DNA of 64,000 nt from a virus. Location: positions 1 through 64,000 of IMG/VR virus record IMGVR_UViG_3300020219_000012; one strand, given 5' to 3'. The notes under the pieces are model-generated. The model ran no database searches and had not been told where the DNA came from. It saw nothing but the letters and a program-made list of their open reading frames with translations. How positions within the stretch are numbered: the first letter of the stretch is position 1; every line of letters begins with the position of its first letter. The position numbers and the translations under genes were made by a program. Of this stretch, positions 34,575-43,504 are shown in pieces.

Positions 34575-35429
34575 TTGCGTCCATTTCTGAGAGGTTTCTG
34601 CTCGGAGCTGGTGAAGACTGCCTTCGCCAGTGGACCAGTCGCGCCCGTCCCGGCCAGTGGGAAGCCAACGGCTCAGCGCCCCATCGGCGCCGCCGCGGCG
34701 CCGCCGCCTCCCGGATCTGCCCGGTCGTCTCCCGCTATCCCCACGCAGCAGATGCGGTTCGATAGGCCGAAGCAGGGGGACACCCATCGCCCTTCGCCAA
34801 CCTATACGCCAAAGCCGGGGGTGGCTGGGCCGGACCAGATTGCTGGTGGTGGCAAGCGCGGCGGTGGGCGCGGCCCAAAGGACCTTTCGCTCACGATGAG
34901 CGGACGGCTGGACGCAGGCAACAGGAACGCGCCGAGGGCCAGCTCATTTACCAGGGGTGACGCAGCACCGACCAGGCCAATCGGAAAGCCGATCGACCAG
35001 GGCGGTGAGTTGAGAAACAAGGACCTGCCGAATGCGACCGTCCTTGGCCCAGACGGCAAGCGGCGAGCTCCCAATGCTCAGGAGCAAACGTCGTCGCATG
35101 TGGATCCGAATTCGACCAGGAGGAAGGTGACTCCGGCCGACATGACAGCCAAAGACTGGATGCAGCCGAAGACCACCGATCGCCACACCGGCAAGCCAAC
35201 CAAGCGAGCCGTGTTCGAGTCGGACAACCCCATCAATGCTACGAGGGGCATGACTGACATCCGCGATGCGCCGTCGAGTCAGTTCGCCGGCGGGGGGCGC
35301 ATGCCGCCGCCCCCCAGGGCGATGGGGCCAGTCGCGCGCGGCGGGTGGGAAAACTCTACCGACCAGAGAGATCTGGCGGCACAGCAGATGCGTGACCACT
35401 TCGCAAGAAACGCCAAGCCGGGTAAATAG
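34575..35429 (+). CDS. FxxELxKxA-leader disordered basic protein
   Basis: GGAGG RBS, TTG start, MRPFLRGFCSELVKTAF. Confidence 0.65.
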   Translation: MRPFLRGFCSELVKTAFASGPVAPVPASGKPTAQRPIGAAAAPPPPGSARSSPAIPTQQMRFDRPKQGDTHRPSPTYTPKPGVAGPDQIAGGGKRGGGRGPKDLSLTMSGRLDAGNRNAPRASSFTRGDAAPTRPIGKPIDQGGELRNKDLPNATVLGPDGKRRAPNAQEQTSSHVDPNSTRRKVTPADMTAKDWMQPKTTDRHTGKPTKRAVFESDNPINATRGMTDIRDAPSSQFAGGGRMPPPPRAMGPVARGGWENSTDQRDLAAQQMRDHFARNAKPGK

Positions 35430-35431
35430 AC

Positions 35432-37288
35432 GTGTACAAGCTCGTCACATTCGCCGGCTACGACACATCGGGGCCGCACATCTTTCCGATTGAGCCGGAC
35501 CTGGACCGGACGATCGGTCATATCAAGATGGCGCGGCCGCTGCCGCCGGAGATCGAGCAGTACATCCGCACGGCCAAGCCGATCGCCGGAAAGACCCAGC
35601 TCCTCATCGACGCCATGGGCGCCGGTGAGTTCTACGGATCCAACGTCAACGGCGACTACTTCCCCGAGGAAGCGCTCCGCGCTGCTGGACCGGACTACGG
35701 CCACAAGACATTCGAGCTCTACGCCTATCCGTTCAAGCACCACGTCAACAAGGATCCGGGGCGGGCGTACGGCGAGAAGGTCACCCTCTCGGCTTACGAC
35801 CCGTACATGCACCGCGTACTCCTGATCGTCAGCGTCGACGATTCGAAGTGCCAGGACATCCTCGGCGACCTGGCGCAGAACAAGTACTGGGATGTCTCGA
35901 TGGGTTGCCGGGTGCCCTGGGACGAGTGCTCCATCTGCCACAACAAGGCGAAGAATCGCGGCGAGTACTGCCCGCACCTTCGCTACCAGATGAATAAGAT
36001 CCTCCAGGACGGCCGGCGCGTGTTCGCCTACAACCGCCTGCCGAAGTTCTTCGACATCTCGTTCGTGACGATCGGCGCCGAGAAGGCGAGCCACGTTCTC
36101 AAGAAGGTGGCGCACGCCAATCTCACGCCCAACGTCGTGAGCTCGGCCTCCCTCGGCGAGGTCTACTACGACAAGCTCGCCCTTCAAGAGAAGGATGCGA
36201 CACAGACCAAGAACGCCGACATCGAAAAGAACATCCCCTCGCAGCCGGCGGCCAACGTCACCGGGGTCACGCCGGAGGACAAGAGCAAGCTCCTCTCGTT
36301 CATGGATGCCGCCGGCGACGTGAAGGCGAGAGAAGTTTCGATCCCGCCTCCGGTGCTGGATCGCATGTCCGAGTTTCCGCTCGGCGAGGTGTTCTCGACT
36401 CTGACCTCGCTGGGCATCGGCCTGCGCCCCGAGGAGTTCCAGCGCATCGTCCTGGTCAAACAGGGAGCGAAGGCCTTGGCTGACAAGCTCGCCCACCACC
36501 GCATGGTCTTCGACGAGACCAAGACGGCCGCCAAGGCTCCGAGCTGGACTCGGGAGTTCGGGCCCTACTCCGTCGACGACTGCAACGAGAAGGTTGCGAT
36601 GCTGCTCGCTCCTTACATGCAGGAGCGGTCTTGTTATCCGGAGATTCTAAACGAGCGACTCGCTCGTATGGAGAAGCGCGGCGGCAGTGAAGACGCGGTG
36701 CGCGAGTCCCAGCGCCAGTGGTATCCGATGACAGACGAGCAGAAGCGTCTGTCGTCGGGCGTCCACGGCCTGGTGCCGGCAAGCCTGGCCCTGGCGGCGG
36801 GGTTCCTGGTTTTCAAGAAGGCGTTCCCGGGACTCATGGCCAAGGCCCCGCCGACGCTGCAGGCGATGGGGAAGTTCCCGTGGTTGCTCCCGCTACTACT
36901 TGGCGCTGGCGTCGCAACATCAGTTGGGGTTTCCAACATGACCGCCCCAATGCCCCTTACTAAACATGGGGCGAGTCGCGGGCTTGACGCTAAAAACACT
37001 GGGGCCTACCATGAGCCCAAGGTCGCGACGATCGCGCGGCTTGGTCTGATCCCACTTGCATATATGTACTCAGGCATTCAGCAGAAGCGATGGGAACGAG
37101 GAGAGCGACTCAATGCTCTCGATCGTTTGATTGCGGTGCGGCCTGAAGTCTTCGCTCTCGGTTCTTTCGCCGCTGGACCTTCCGTATGGAATGGCGTTAA
37201 AAGACTTACCGGCGGTTTGCTCAAGTCGGGCTCCGAGTCAATCGAAGATTCGATCATCAACGCGACTCGCCGGCTTGCGAGCCACTAG
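35432..37288 (+). CDS. Prohead (capsid maturation) protease with C-terminal extension
   Basis: N.NGDYF, HH.NKDP (candidate catalytic His), DVSMGC (candidate catalytic Ser), CSIC..CPH, FFDISFV, as in HK97/assemblin-fold proteases; lies just upstream of scaffold and capsid genes; C-terminal part with K-x-A sites and TM-like helices. Confidence 0.72.
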   Translation: MYKLVTFAGYDTSGPHIFPIEPDLDRTIGHIKMARPLPPEIEQYIRTAKPIAGKTQLLIDAMGAGEFYGSNVNGDYFPEEALRAAGPDYGHKTFELYAYPFKHHVNKDPGRAYGEKVTLSAYDPYMHRVLLIVSVDDSKCQDILGDLAQNKYWDVSMGCRVPWDECSICHNKAKNRGEYCPHLRYQMNKILQDGRRVFAYNRLPKFFDISFVTIGAEKASHVLKKVAHANLTPNVVSSASLGEVYYDKLALQEKDATQTKNADIEKNIPSQPAANVTGVTPEDKSKLLSFMDAAGDVKAREVSIPPPVLDRMSEFPLGEVFSTLTSLGIGLRPEEFQRIVLVKQGAKALADKLAHHRMVFDETKTAAKAPSWTREFGPYSVDDCNEKVAMLLAPYMQERSCYPEILNERLARMEKRGGSEDAVRESQRQWYPMTDEQKRLSSGVHGLVPASLALAAGFLVFKKAFPGLMAKAPPTLQAMGKFPWLLPLLLGAGVATSVGVSNMTAPMPLTKHGASRGLDAKNTGAYHEPKVATIARLGLIPLAYMYSGIQQKRWERGERLNALDRLIAVRPEVFALGSFAAGPSVWNGVKRLTGGLLKSGSESIEDSIINATRRLASH

Positions 37289-37296
37289 GAGAAGAG

Positions 37297-38007
37297 ATGC
37301 CCACCCTTGGTGAACTGATGGAGAAGTTCGGCTCTGCGGCCGATTCGAACAATGACGATGCTGGCGACGAGATCGTCCCGGCTGCCAGGCACAATCCGGC
37401 CACTGGCCACAACAAGACCGCTTCTGGAGGGGACGCTATGAAATCGCTTACGGACATCTACCTTTCGCTCACCCACGTCGACATGAACAAGGAAGCGGCC
37501 CAGGCCGCTTACGCCCCGAACGACGACGTCGACTTCGCCAAGATGGCGGAAGCGATGGCAGACGCCGAGGCGACCGAGTACGTCGAGCAGGACCAGTCGT
37601 ACAACGACGACGGCGGCCAGGACATCGTGAAGGTTGCCCAGGAGTATGACTCCGCCGGCCGCATCATGGCCCGTGGCTTCTTCGACGAGTTCAACAAGCT
37701 CGCCGGCGCGCTCGACACCGCCGCGGCGGACAACCAGATGACCGAGTCGGTCTCGGCTGCCTCGACCCCTGCGCTGGGTAACCGTGGCCTGCCGACCCTC
37801 GAGACCAACTACGCCGGATCGGCCGCGCACGACCAGGCGATGGAGACCGCGGGCCAGGCTGGCAAGCAGGTCTACCTCGACTCGCTGGCCCCGGCCAAGT
37901 CGATCAGCGCTGGCGCTGGCACCGGCGACGACCCCGAGGCTGCGGCGCTCTCGCTCGGCAGCGGGTCGCCGGCCGGGTTCGCCACGGTCAAGGATCTCCA
38001 GGTCTGA
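37297..38007 (+). CDS. Acidic scaffold-like protein
   Basis: HNKTAS, NKEAA, VKVAQEYDSAGRIMARGFFDEFNKLAG. Confidence 0.6.
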   Translation: MPTLGELMEKFGSAADSNNDDAGDEIVPAARHNPATGHNKTASGGDAMKSLTDIYLSLTHVDMNKEAAQAAYAPNDDVDFAKMAEAMADAEATEYVEQDQSYNDDGGQDIVKVAQEYDSAGRIMARGFFDEFNKLAGALDTAAADNQMTESVSAASTPALGNRGLPTLETNYAGSAAHDQAMETAGQAGKQVYLDSLAPAKSISAGAGTGDDPEAAALSLGSGSPAGFATVKDLQV

Positions 38008-38053
38008 CCTGTTGATCTGAGATCGTCCACCGAACCAACAGCTGAGGACACCC

Positions 38054-38479
38054 ATGAACTCTCTCAAAGAAGTCTACGCAGGCATCGCGCAGCAGGACCA
38101 CGTCAAGGTGGCTCAGGCTCGCGACACCCATGTCGAGTCGGCGGATTACTCCGACGTTGACGCTGGCCTCATGAAGCAGGCCCAGGACTACGACAACGTC
38201 GGTCGCATCCTCGCTCACAACGTGTTCAGCGACATGCTGAAGACGGCCCTCGACGAGTCGGCGCCCGGCGCCGGCGACGAGGAGAAGGCCAAGGCGCTCG
38301 CGGCGCTCCTTGCCGCTGCCAATGGCGAGAAGGCGGCCGAGGGCGAGGACGAGGACGAGTCCGAGGAGAAGTCCGAGGAAGGCGAGAAGAAGGCGAGCGC
38401 CAAGGAGGCCATTCTTCGGCGCATGTCCCAGGATCCGCAGTACGTGGCCCACCTCGTGGGCAAGTACTACGGTCGCTGA
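38054..38479 (+). CDS. Acidic scaffold-like protein
   Basis: VKVAQ, MKQAQDYDNVGRILAHNVFSDMLKTAL, EKKAS. Confidence 0.6.
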   Translation: MNSLKEVYAGIAQQDHVKVAQARDTHVESADYSDVDAGLMKQAQDYDNVGRILAHNVFSDMLKTALDESAPGAGDEEKAKALAALLAAANGEKAAEGEDEDESEEKSEEGEKKASAKEAILRRMSQDPQYVAHLVGKYYGR

Positions 38480-38510
38480 TCACCTCCCCGCTCCTCGCTA
38501 GGAGGTCCCC

Positions 38511-38939
38511 TTGGGTTTCACACTCGACCAGCTTCTGGAAACGACGGGCGTTGGCGGCCTGTCTGGCCGCGATCTCAAAAAGACCGCTGCCAAGCAGGAC
38601 GGCCGCGAACTGCTCAAGCTCGCGGAGCGATGCCGTCGTGCCGCCGACGTTGTCGAGGAGGTCCGGCCGATCGTCGATGAGCGCGACCTCGTCGAGAAGA
38701 CTGCGGCCGTTCAGATCATTCGTCGAGCCATCGAAGAGATTCGGGAGATCGACGGCGAGGTGATCGAGAAGGTGGCTTCGCCCTCGACGCCTTCGCAGCA
38801 GGCGACCTTCATCAAGGCCGCGCTCGAGGCAGGGCACCCGCCCGAGTCCATCGCCCGCTTCCTCGACAAGGTTCCCGGTGGCGCACCCGCTCGTCCCGCT
38901 GAGAAGCGGAAGAAGACAAGCGGCACGATCGTCGGATAG
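38511..38939 (+). CDS. Helical head protein with K-x-A sites
   Basis: GGAGG RBS, TTG start; KKTAA, LKLAE, EKTAA, EKVAS. Confidence 0.6.
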   Translation: MGFTLDQLLETTGVGGLSGRDLKKTAAKQDGRELLKLAERCRRAADVVEEVRPIVDERDLVEKTAAVQIIRRAIEEIREIDGEVIEKVASPSTPSQQATFIKAALEAGHPPESIARFLDKVPGGAPARPAEKRKKTSGTIVG

Positions 38940-38956
38940 GCCACCTGACTCCGACA

Positions 38957-38983
38957 AGCCCGGGTCCTCCGGGCTCTTTTTTT
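38957..38983 (+). terminator. Intrinsic terminator
   Basis: AGCCCGG-GTCCT-CCGGGCT followed by C and a 7-T run. Confidence 0.8.
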
Positions 38984-39004
38984 ACTCCGAAATGGTCGCG
39001 CGAT

Positions 39005-39032
39005 TTGACGTTATTCGGGTCACGCGTACCAT
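39005..39032 (+). promoter_or_regulatory. sigma70-like promoter for the capsid operon
   Basis: TTGACG-N16-TACCAT immediately after the terminator. Confidence 0.5.
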
Positions 39033-39046
39033 CAGAAAGGCAAACG

Positions 39047-39355
39047 ATGAGCAACGTCGAAAACAAAGACGAGCTTCTAAAGGAAGCCGCCGGCGCCCTG
39101 GAGCAGTCCCAGCGTCGCATGGAAGCGACGAAGCTGGCGTTTGAGATGGTTGAGCGCGGGAAGATCGTCCCGTTCTCCGACTATGCATCGTTTGAAACTA
39201 AAATTGCCTCCCTCATGAACAAGGACCTCCGGGTCGTTGAGGAAGCACTCGAGATGGACGGTAGCCTTGCCGATTTTGGCAAGGTCGCATCAGAAGCCCG
39301 TCCTACTGGCAACGACCCGGCTAGCAACTTTTTTCACGCGCTAGCGGACGACTGA
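39047..39355 (+). CDS. Putative capsid scaffold protein
   Basis: 102 aa helical; KEAA, KLAF, KVAS; ends NFFHALADD; two genes upstream of major capsid. Confidence 0.55.
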   Translation: MSNVENKDELLKEAAGALEQSQRRMEATKLAFEMVERGKIVPFSDYASFETKIASLMNKDLRVVEEALEMDGSLADFGKVASEARPTGNDPASNFFHALADD

Positions 39356-39382
39356 TCGCAGTTCCTTTGAAGGAGGACTCAG

Positions 39383-39898
39383 ATGGCATTTCCGGTTCCT
39401 AAGGATGTTCGCACCACCCGTGATTTCGAGCTGGTTCTAGGCCAGGACGAAGTCCTTCGTCAGTCGATGGCAATCGCTGATCTGACCAAGAATCTAGATG
39501 TTGGCGAGTGGGTCAAGCCTTCCACCAGCGGCGGCGTCACCAAGGCGGCCAAGCTCGTCGTTGGCGACACGCTCGCAGCGCCGGCGCTTGGCGCTCGCGC
39601 TTCCTGGACCCGCTTTCGTCCCGGCGATGCGTCGACCGGCCAGTCGGACGCTCTCGCAACCGGTACCTGCGATCTCCTGGGCGGCACCTACCAGGCCAAG
39701 ACCAAGATCTACGACACCGCCAGCGTGCTGTTCGCGCCGGGTCGTCTTCTAGTCGCGAAGTGGGACTCGGTCAACGACCGAGGCTATCTCGACGCCCTCG
39801 ACCCGGCTGCCGCCACCATCCGTCAGCTCCAGGCTGTCGTTGGTCGCTGCATCGAGGTCGCCGGTGGCGTCCTTCATTACGAGAGCCCGGGCCTCTAA
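39383..39898 (+). CDS. Putative capsid decoration/cement protein
   Basis: Beta-rich 171 aa directly upstream of major capsid; AGGAGG RBS. Confidence 0.55.
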   Translation: MAFPVPKDVRTTRDFELVLGQDEVLRQSMAIADLTKNLDVGEWVKPSTSGGVTKAAKLVVGDTLAAPALGARASWTRFRPGDASTGQSDALATGTCDLLGGTYQAKTKIYDTASVLFAPGRLLVAKWDSVNDRGYLDALDPAAATIRQLQAVVGRCIEVAGGVLHYESPGL

Positions 39899-39943
39899 GG
39901 GTCTCCTGGTAACCCCCCAAAGAAAGTACACAGGAGAAATCCC

Positions 39944-40837
39944 ATGGACCAGATCGACGCCGCAACTTTCAACAACCTGTTCATCTCGAAGCTCGACACC
40001 CACGACGGTCTCGAGAAGGCCGCCCAGGCGGGTGGCGCCTTCGTGCGTGAGCGCCTGCGCGAAGTCAGCTTCGCGCGCAGCATCGTGCCGCCCGAGTACG
40101 TCACCAAGGCGGACTGCCAGCGCTCGGTGAACCACGACACCCTCGTCAAGATCGTCGACATCGAGCCGCAGTCGTCTGCCGCCGCTGTCAACTTTCGCGG
40201 CAAGGCGTTCGAGCGCTACATCGAGGGCGATCGCTACGAGATCCCCTTCTTCAAGATCGAGTCCGAGAAGTTCCGCAAGAACGAGGCGGAGCTCCTGGCC
40301 TACGACTACCCGGTGACCAAGGTCATCGAGGAGAACTCGGTCAAGGACATCCAGAAGATCGAGGACGGCAAGTTCATCGAGTTCACCAACGCGGTCATCG
40401 TGGCCAATGGCAAGACCATTACTCCGGCGGCGGCGGGACCCGCAACCTCGGAGAACCTCGTCAAGCTCTTCAAGGCGCTGGATACCGACGAGCTCGCCGT
40501 CGGCACCATCCTGATGCACAAGGCTGACTGGGATGACTTCATGACCCAGGAGTCGGCTGTCATCGGAAGCCCGCTCGCCTCGGAGATCCTGGTCAACGGC
40601 TACAAGTACAACACCATCCTCGGCCACAAGCTGGTGGTGACTATCAAGTCGTCGATCGTCGTCCCCGGCGACATCTACATCTTCACGGACCCGAAGTACC
40701 TCGGTAACTTCTACATCCTGAACGACACGAAGTTCTACATCGAGAAGCGTGGCGACATGGTGTCGTGGCAGACCTGGGAGTACATCGGCATGGGCTACGG
40801 AAACCTCCGCGCCTGCGCGAAGATGACCCTGACCTGA
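39944..40837 (+). CDS. Major capsid protein (HK97-fold, compact)
   Basis: 297 aa, strong codon bias; RLRE.SFARSIVPP, IQKIEDGKFI spine helix, ILGHKLVVTIK..VPGDIY, WEYIGMGYGN; position after protease/scaffold. Confidence 0.78.
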   Translation: MDQIDAATFNNLFISKLDTHDGLEKAAQAGGAFVRERLREVSFARSIVPPEYVTKADCQRSVNHDTLVKIVDIEPQSSAAAVNFRGKAFERYIEGDRYEIPFFKIESEKFRKNEAELLAYDYPVTKVIEENSVKDIQKIEDGKFIEFTNAVIVANGKTITPAAAGPATSENLVKLFKALDTDELAVGTILMHKADWDDFMTQESAVIGSPLASEILVNGYKYNTILGHKLVVTIKSSIVVPGDIYIFTDPKYLGNFYILNDTKFYIEKRGDMVSWQTWEYIGMGYGNLRACAKMTLT

Positions 40838-40876
40838 TCCATTGACCGACTGCTGGTCTGAGGATACCGTCACCCC

Positions 40877-41356
40877 ATGAAGTTCAACGTCACCAACGTT
40901 TCCACGCGGTCTGAAAAGGGCGCGCGAAATGTCTTCCTGACGGAAGCCGGCAAGCTCCTCAAGGCGGGAGATTCGATTGCGTGCAATCGTATCGACAGCG
41001 GAACTTGGGGCCTGGAGAAGGCCGGCATCCTGAAGATCGAGGAAGGCAACTTCCCGACCCCGCCGATCTTCACGGATAAGCCAAAGGCCATCGAAGATGA
41101 CCAAACTGCCACGGCCCCCAAGGCTGAGGATGTTGCGGTTCGTCGGGCCGAGGCCGAGGCCATGGACAAGCGGATCGCCGCTGCCAAGGCGCTCGATGAT
41201 GCGAAGGTCGCTGCCGAGGTTGCCGCCAAGGCGCCGCCGGTGGTGGCGCCTGCGACTGACGAGTCGCATGACTCGCCGGTGACCGACGAGTCGCATGACT
41301 CGCCGGCCGCTGGCACGACCACGGCTTCGAAGAAGCATCGCGGCAGCAAGTTCTAA
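40877..41356 (+). CDS. Hypothetical virion protein with low-complexity tail
   Basis: 159 aa after major capsid. Confidence 0.65.
   Translation: MKFNVTNVSTRSEKGARNVFLTEAGKLLKAGDSIACNRIDSGTWGLEKAGILKIEEGNFPTPPIFTDKPKAIEDDQTATAPKAEDVAVRRAEAEAMDKRIAAAKALDDAKVAAEVAAKAPPVVAPATDESHDSPVTDESHDSPAAGTTTASKKHRGSKF
41254..41306 (+). repeat. 27-bp tandem repeat (x2, TDESHDSP) with internal palindrome
   Basis: GAC(T/C)GACGAGTCGCATGACTCGCCGG twice. Confidence 0.9.
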
Positions 41357-41385
41357 ACCTGCCGGCAACCCCGGGAGGCTAGGAC

Positions 41386-41862
41386 ATGCCTACGACGATT
41401 GGTACTGAGGAGCAGCGCCGGGCGCAGGAAGCGCGGCGGCTGCTTCGCCTTTTCTTGAACGACACCCCGGAGCTGAATCGCTTGATTCGGACCCAGGAGT
41501 CAGACGACGCCAAGCTCGACCTGGCGTTGCTGCTGGCCGTCGATGATTACAACATCACGGCTCCGCTACTGGGCAACGTCCAGGTATGGAACTTCCCGTC
41601 GATGTTCATGCTCATCTACGGGGCATCGATTCAGGTCCTGCGCAGCGCCGGACTCCTGCAGTCGCGCAATGAGTTGGCCTACAGCTCCGGCGGGGTCTCG
41701 GTTCGGATCTTCGACAAGACCCAGCTCTACCAGAGCTGGATTGCCCAGTTCGTCGCCGAGTACGAACTAAAGAAGCGCAACTTCAAGATGGCGCTCAACA
41801 TCGACGCCGCCCTCGCGGGTGGCGTCTCCTCTGAGTATTCCATCCTCAACTACTTCTGGTGA
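41386..41862 (+). CDS. Head-tail adaptor/neck protein
   Basis: LRLFLNDTPELN..SRNELAYSSGGVSV pattern; position after capsid. Confidence 0.6.
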   Translation: MPTTIGTEEQRRAQEARRLLRLFLNDTPELNRLIRTQESDDAKLDLALLLAVDDYNITAPLLGNVQVWNFPSMFMLIYGASIQVLRSAGLLQSRNELAYSSGGVSVRIFDKTQLYQSWIAQFVAEYELKKRNFKMALNIDAALAGGVSSEYSILNYFW

Positions 41863-41865
41863 ACC

Positions 41866-42738
41866 ATGCTGGCGTTCTCCAGGCTCGATATCATCATCGC
41901 CGAGCTCGGTGGTCCGCCATCGAACATCGCCCGCGTGCTTGTATGCTGGGAGCTGGTCACCCAGCACAGCGGCCTTCCTGCGACGCAGTTCTTCGTGGAG
42001 CGGTCGCTGTCTCCGCAGTTCACGGACGGCGAATACGACGTAATCAGTAATGCGATCCCTGGGGCCGCTGGCGATTACGTCTACGAGTACACGGACATCA
42101 CGCCCAACCTGTTCAGCTTCTGGCGGATGTACTTTTATCGAATCCGTGCGGTGACGCCGGACGGGACCGTCTACTCACAGATCCGCAGCTGGGAGACGTC
42201 GCCGCGCCCGCACGAGCTCGCCATCATCGAGCGCCATGACTTCGTGCTTCGGTACCTGCAGGGGCAGCCCAGCTTCGCCTTCGTGGAGCGCACCATCGGG
42301 TCCGCCCGCTGCAACTGCTACGACGCCACAGCAGGTCGCAGTCGGAAGTCGAACTGCACCGACTGCCTGGGGACCGGGCGGCAGCGCCCGTTCTTTGAAC
42401 CGATTCCGCTCTACGTCGACTACAACCCCGACGAGAAGCTCGTTCAGATCGCCAGCATGGGCGAGCTCCAGATGAACGAGAAGGACTCGTGGTTCTCGGC
42501 TTACCCACGGGTCAAGCCGGGAGACATCATCTACCAGGTACAGAACGCCATGCTCTGGCGCATCTCCCGGGTCAGCGTCATCCAGCCCATGGGCACGACG
42601 ATTCAGCACGTCGCCCGCCTGACCGGCCTCGAGCGCAACGAGGTTGAGTACCAGCGTCTGGTTCAGCGGATTGCCCCGGAGAGCCTCCAGGGAATCGTGC
42701 AAGAATGGGAAATGCTCAAGCGGGAGCGGATGTTCTGA
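41866..42738 (+). CDS. Head closure/neck protein
   Basis: Fn3-like N-terminus, CNC..CTDCLGTG, P.VKPGDII..WRI. Confidence 0.55.
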   Translation: MLAFSRLDIIIAELGGPPSNIARVLVCWELVTQHSGLPATQFFVERSLSPQFTDGEYDVISNAIPGAAGDYVYEYTDITPNLFSFWRMYFYRIRAVTPDGTVYSQIRSWETSPRPHELAIIERHDFVLRYLQGQPSFAFVERTIGSARCNCYDATAGRSRKSNCTDCLGTGRQRPFFEPIPLYVDYNPDEKLVQIASMGELQMNEKDSWFSAYPRVKPGDIIYQVQNAMLWRISRVSVIQPMGTTIQHVARLTGLERNEVEYQRLVQRIAPESLQGIVQEWEMLKRERMF

Positions 42739-42983
42739 TGCGCCCATTTCTAAACGGATTCGCCCGCGAGCTAGTCAAGCTCGCCGCCTTCCCGCAGCAG
42801 GAGCAGAGCCCTGGCTCGTTTGATGCCGCAACTGCCACGTCGATGGATTCGACCTCCGGGACTGGAGCGAAGGCTGGCGTGAAGGCCGCAGTTCCCACGC
42901 AAACCGCCCAGGCCCCCAAGAAGATCTCGCCCACGCCGCTCACCACCCCAAACGCCATGGTCGACGTCGCTTCGAAGTCGTAA
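42738..42983 (+). CDS. Small FxxELxKxA-leader protein
   Basis: MRPFLNGFARELVKLAAF; TGATG coupling. Confidence 0.7.
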   Translation: MRPFLNGFARELVKLAAFPQQEQSPGSFDAATATSMDSTSGTGAKAGVKAAVPTQTAQAPKKISPTPLTTPNAMVDVASKS

Positions 42984-43504
42984 TGAACATCTCTTCCTGG
43001 ATATCCTTTGAGCCGGGCTCCGGCGACGAGAAGTCTGAAGAGATCGACTCGCTGGCGAAGTCGCGGCTTGCCGCGCAGATCCAGACCCGCCTCCGCAATC
43101 AGGTCGACCCCGGCATCGACCTCCAGTCCGCTCGGCGCGCTCAATCGATCCAGGCCAGGGAAGCTGACGGGCAGATCGTCATCAGCGAAGACGACCAGGC
43201 CAAGCTGTTCTCCGGGGGCCAGGAGCAAGGCGAGGACGACTCTGAGCCGCCCGCTGGCAACCTGGACGATCTGTTCAAGCCAGGCTCCGGTGTGCCCGAG
43301 TCGGTCAGCAATCCCGATGGATCGACTCAGCTTGTTTTCAGATCGATCAAGGCCGCCGACGTGTTCGGCGAGCAGACCAAGCTGCGCCGCTCCGAGGCGA
43401 CCGAGCACGCCATCTCGGATGCGCTTCGCAATGGCGTGGTCGACGCCATCGAGAATGCGACCGATGAAGTCGAGCGTATGCGGGGCGGGGGCCGCGGCAG
43501 ATGA
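42983..43504 (+). CDS. Hypothetical neck-region protein
   Basis: 173 aa, coupled. Confidence 0.6.
   Translation: MNISSWISFEPGSGDEKSEEIDSLAKSRLAAQIQTRLRNQVDPGIDLQSARRAQSIQAREADGQIVISEDDQAKLFSGGQEQGEDDSEPPAGNLDDLFKPGSGVPESVSNPDGSTQLVFRSIKAADVFGEQTKLRRSEATEHAISDALRNGVVDAIENATDEVERMRGGGRGR

Noticed and set aside
41254-41306. Palindromic 27-bp repeats as mini-CRISPR or operator
   Set aside because: Only two adjacent copies, no spacer, in frame within a low-complexity protein tail
39749-41368. Long antisense ORFs (also 5032-5961, 18179-19216, 35279-36499, 44953-46251, 54480-55490, 59634-60626)
   Set aside because: Shadow frames of high-GC3 genes on the opposite strand; no motifs or RBS
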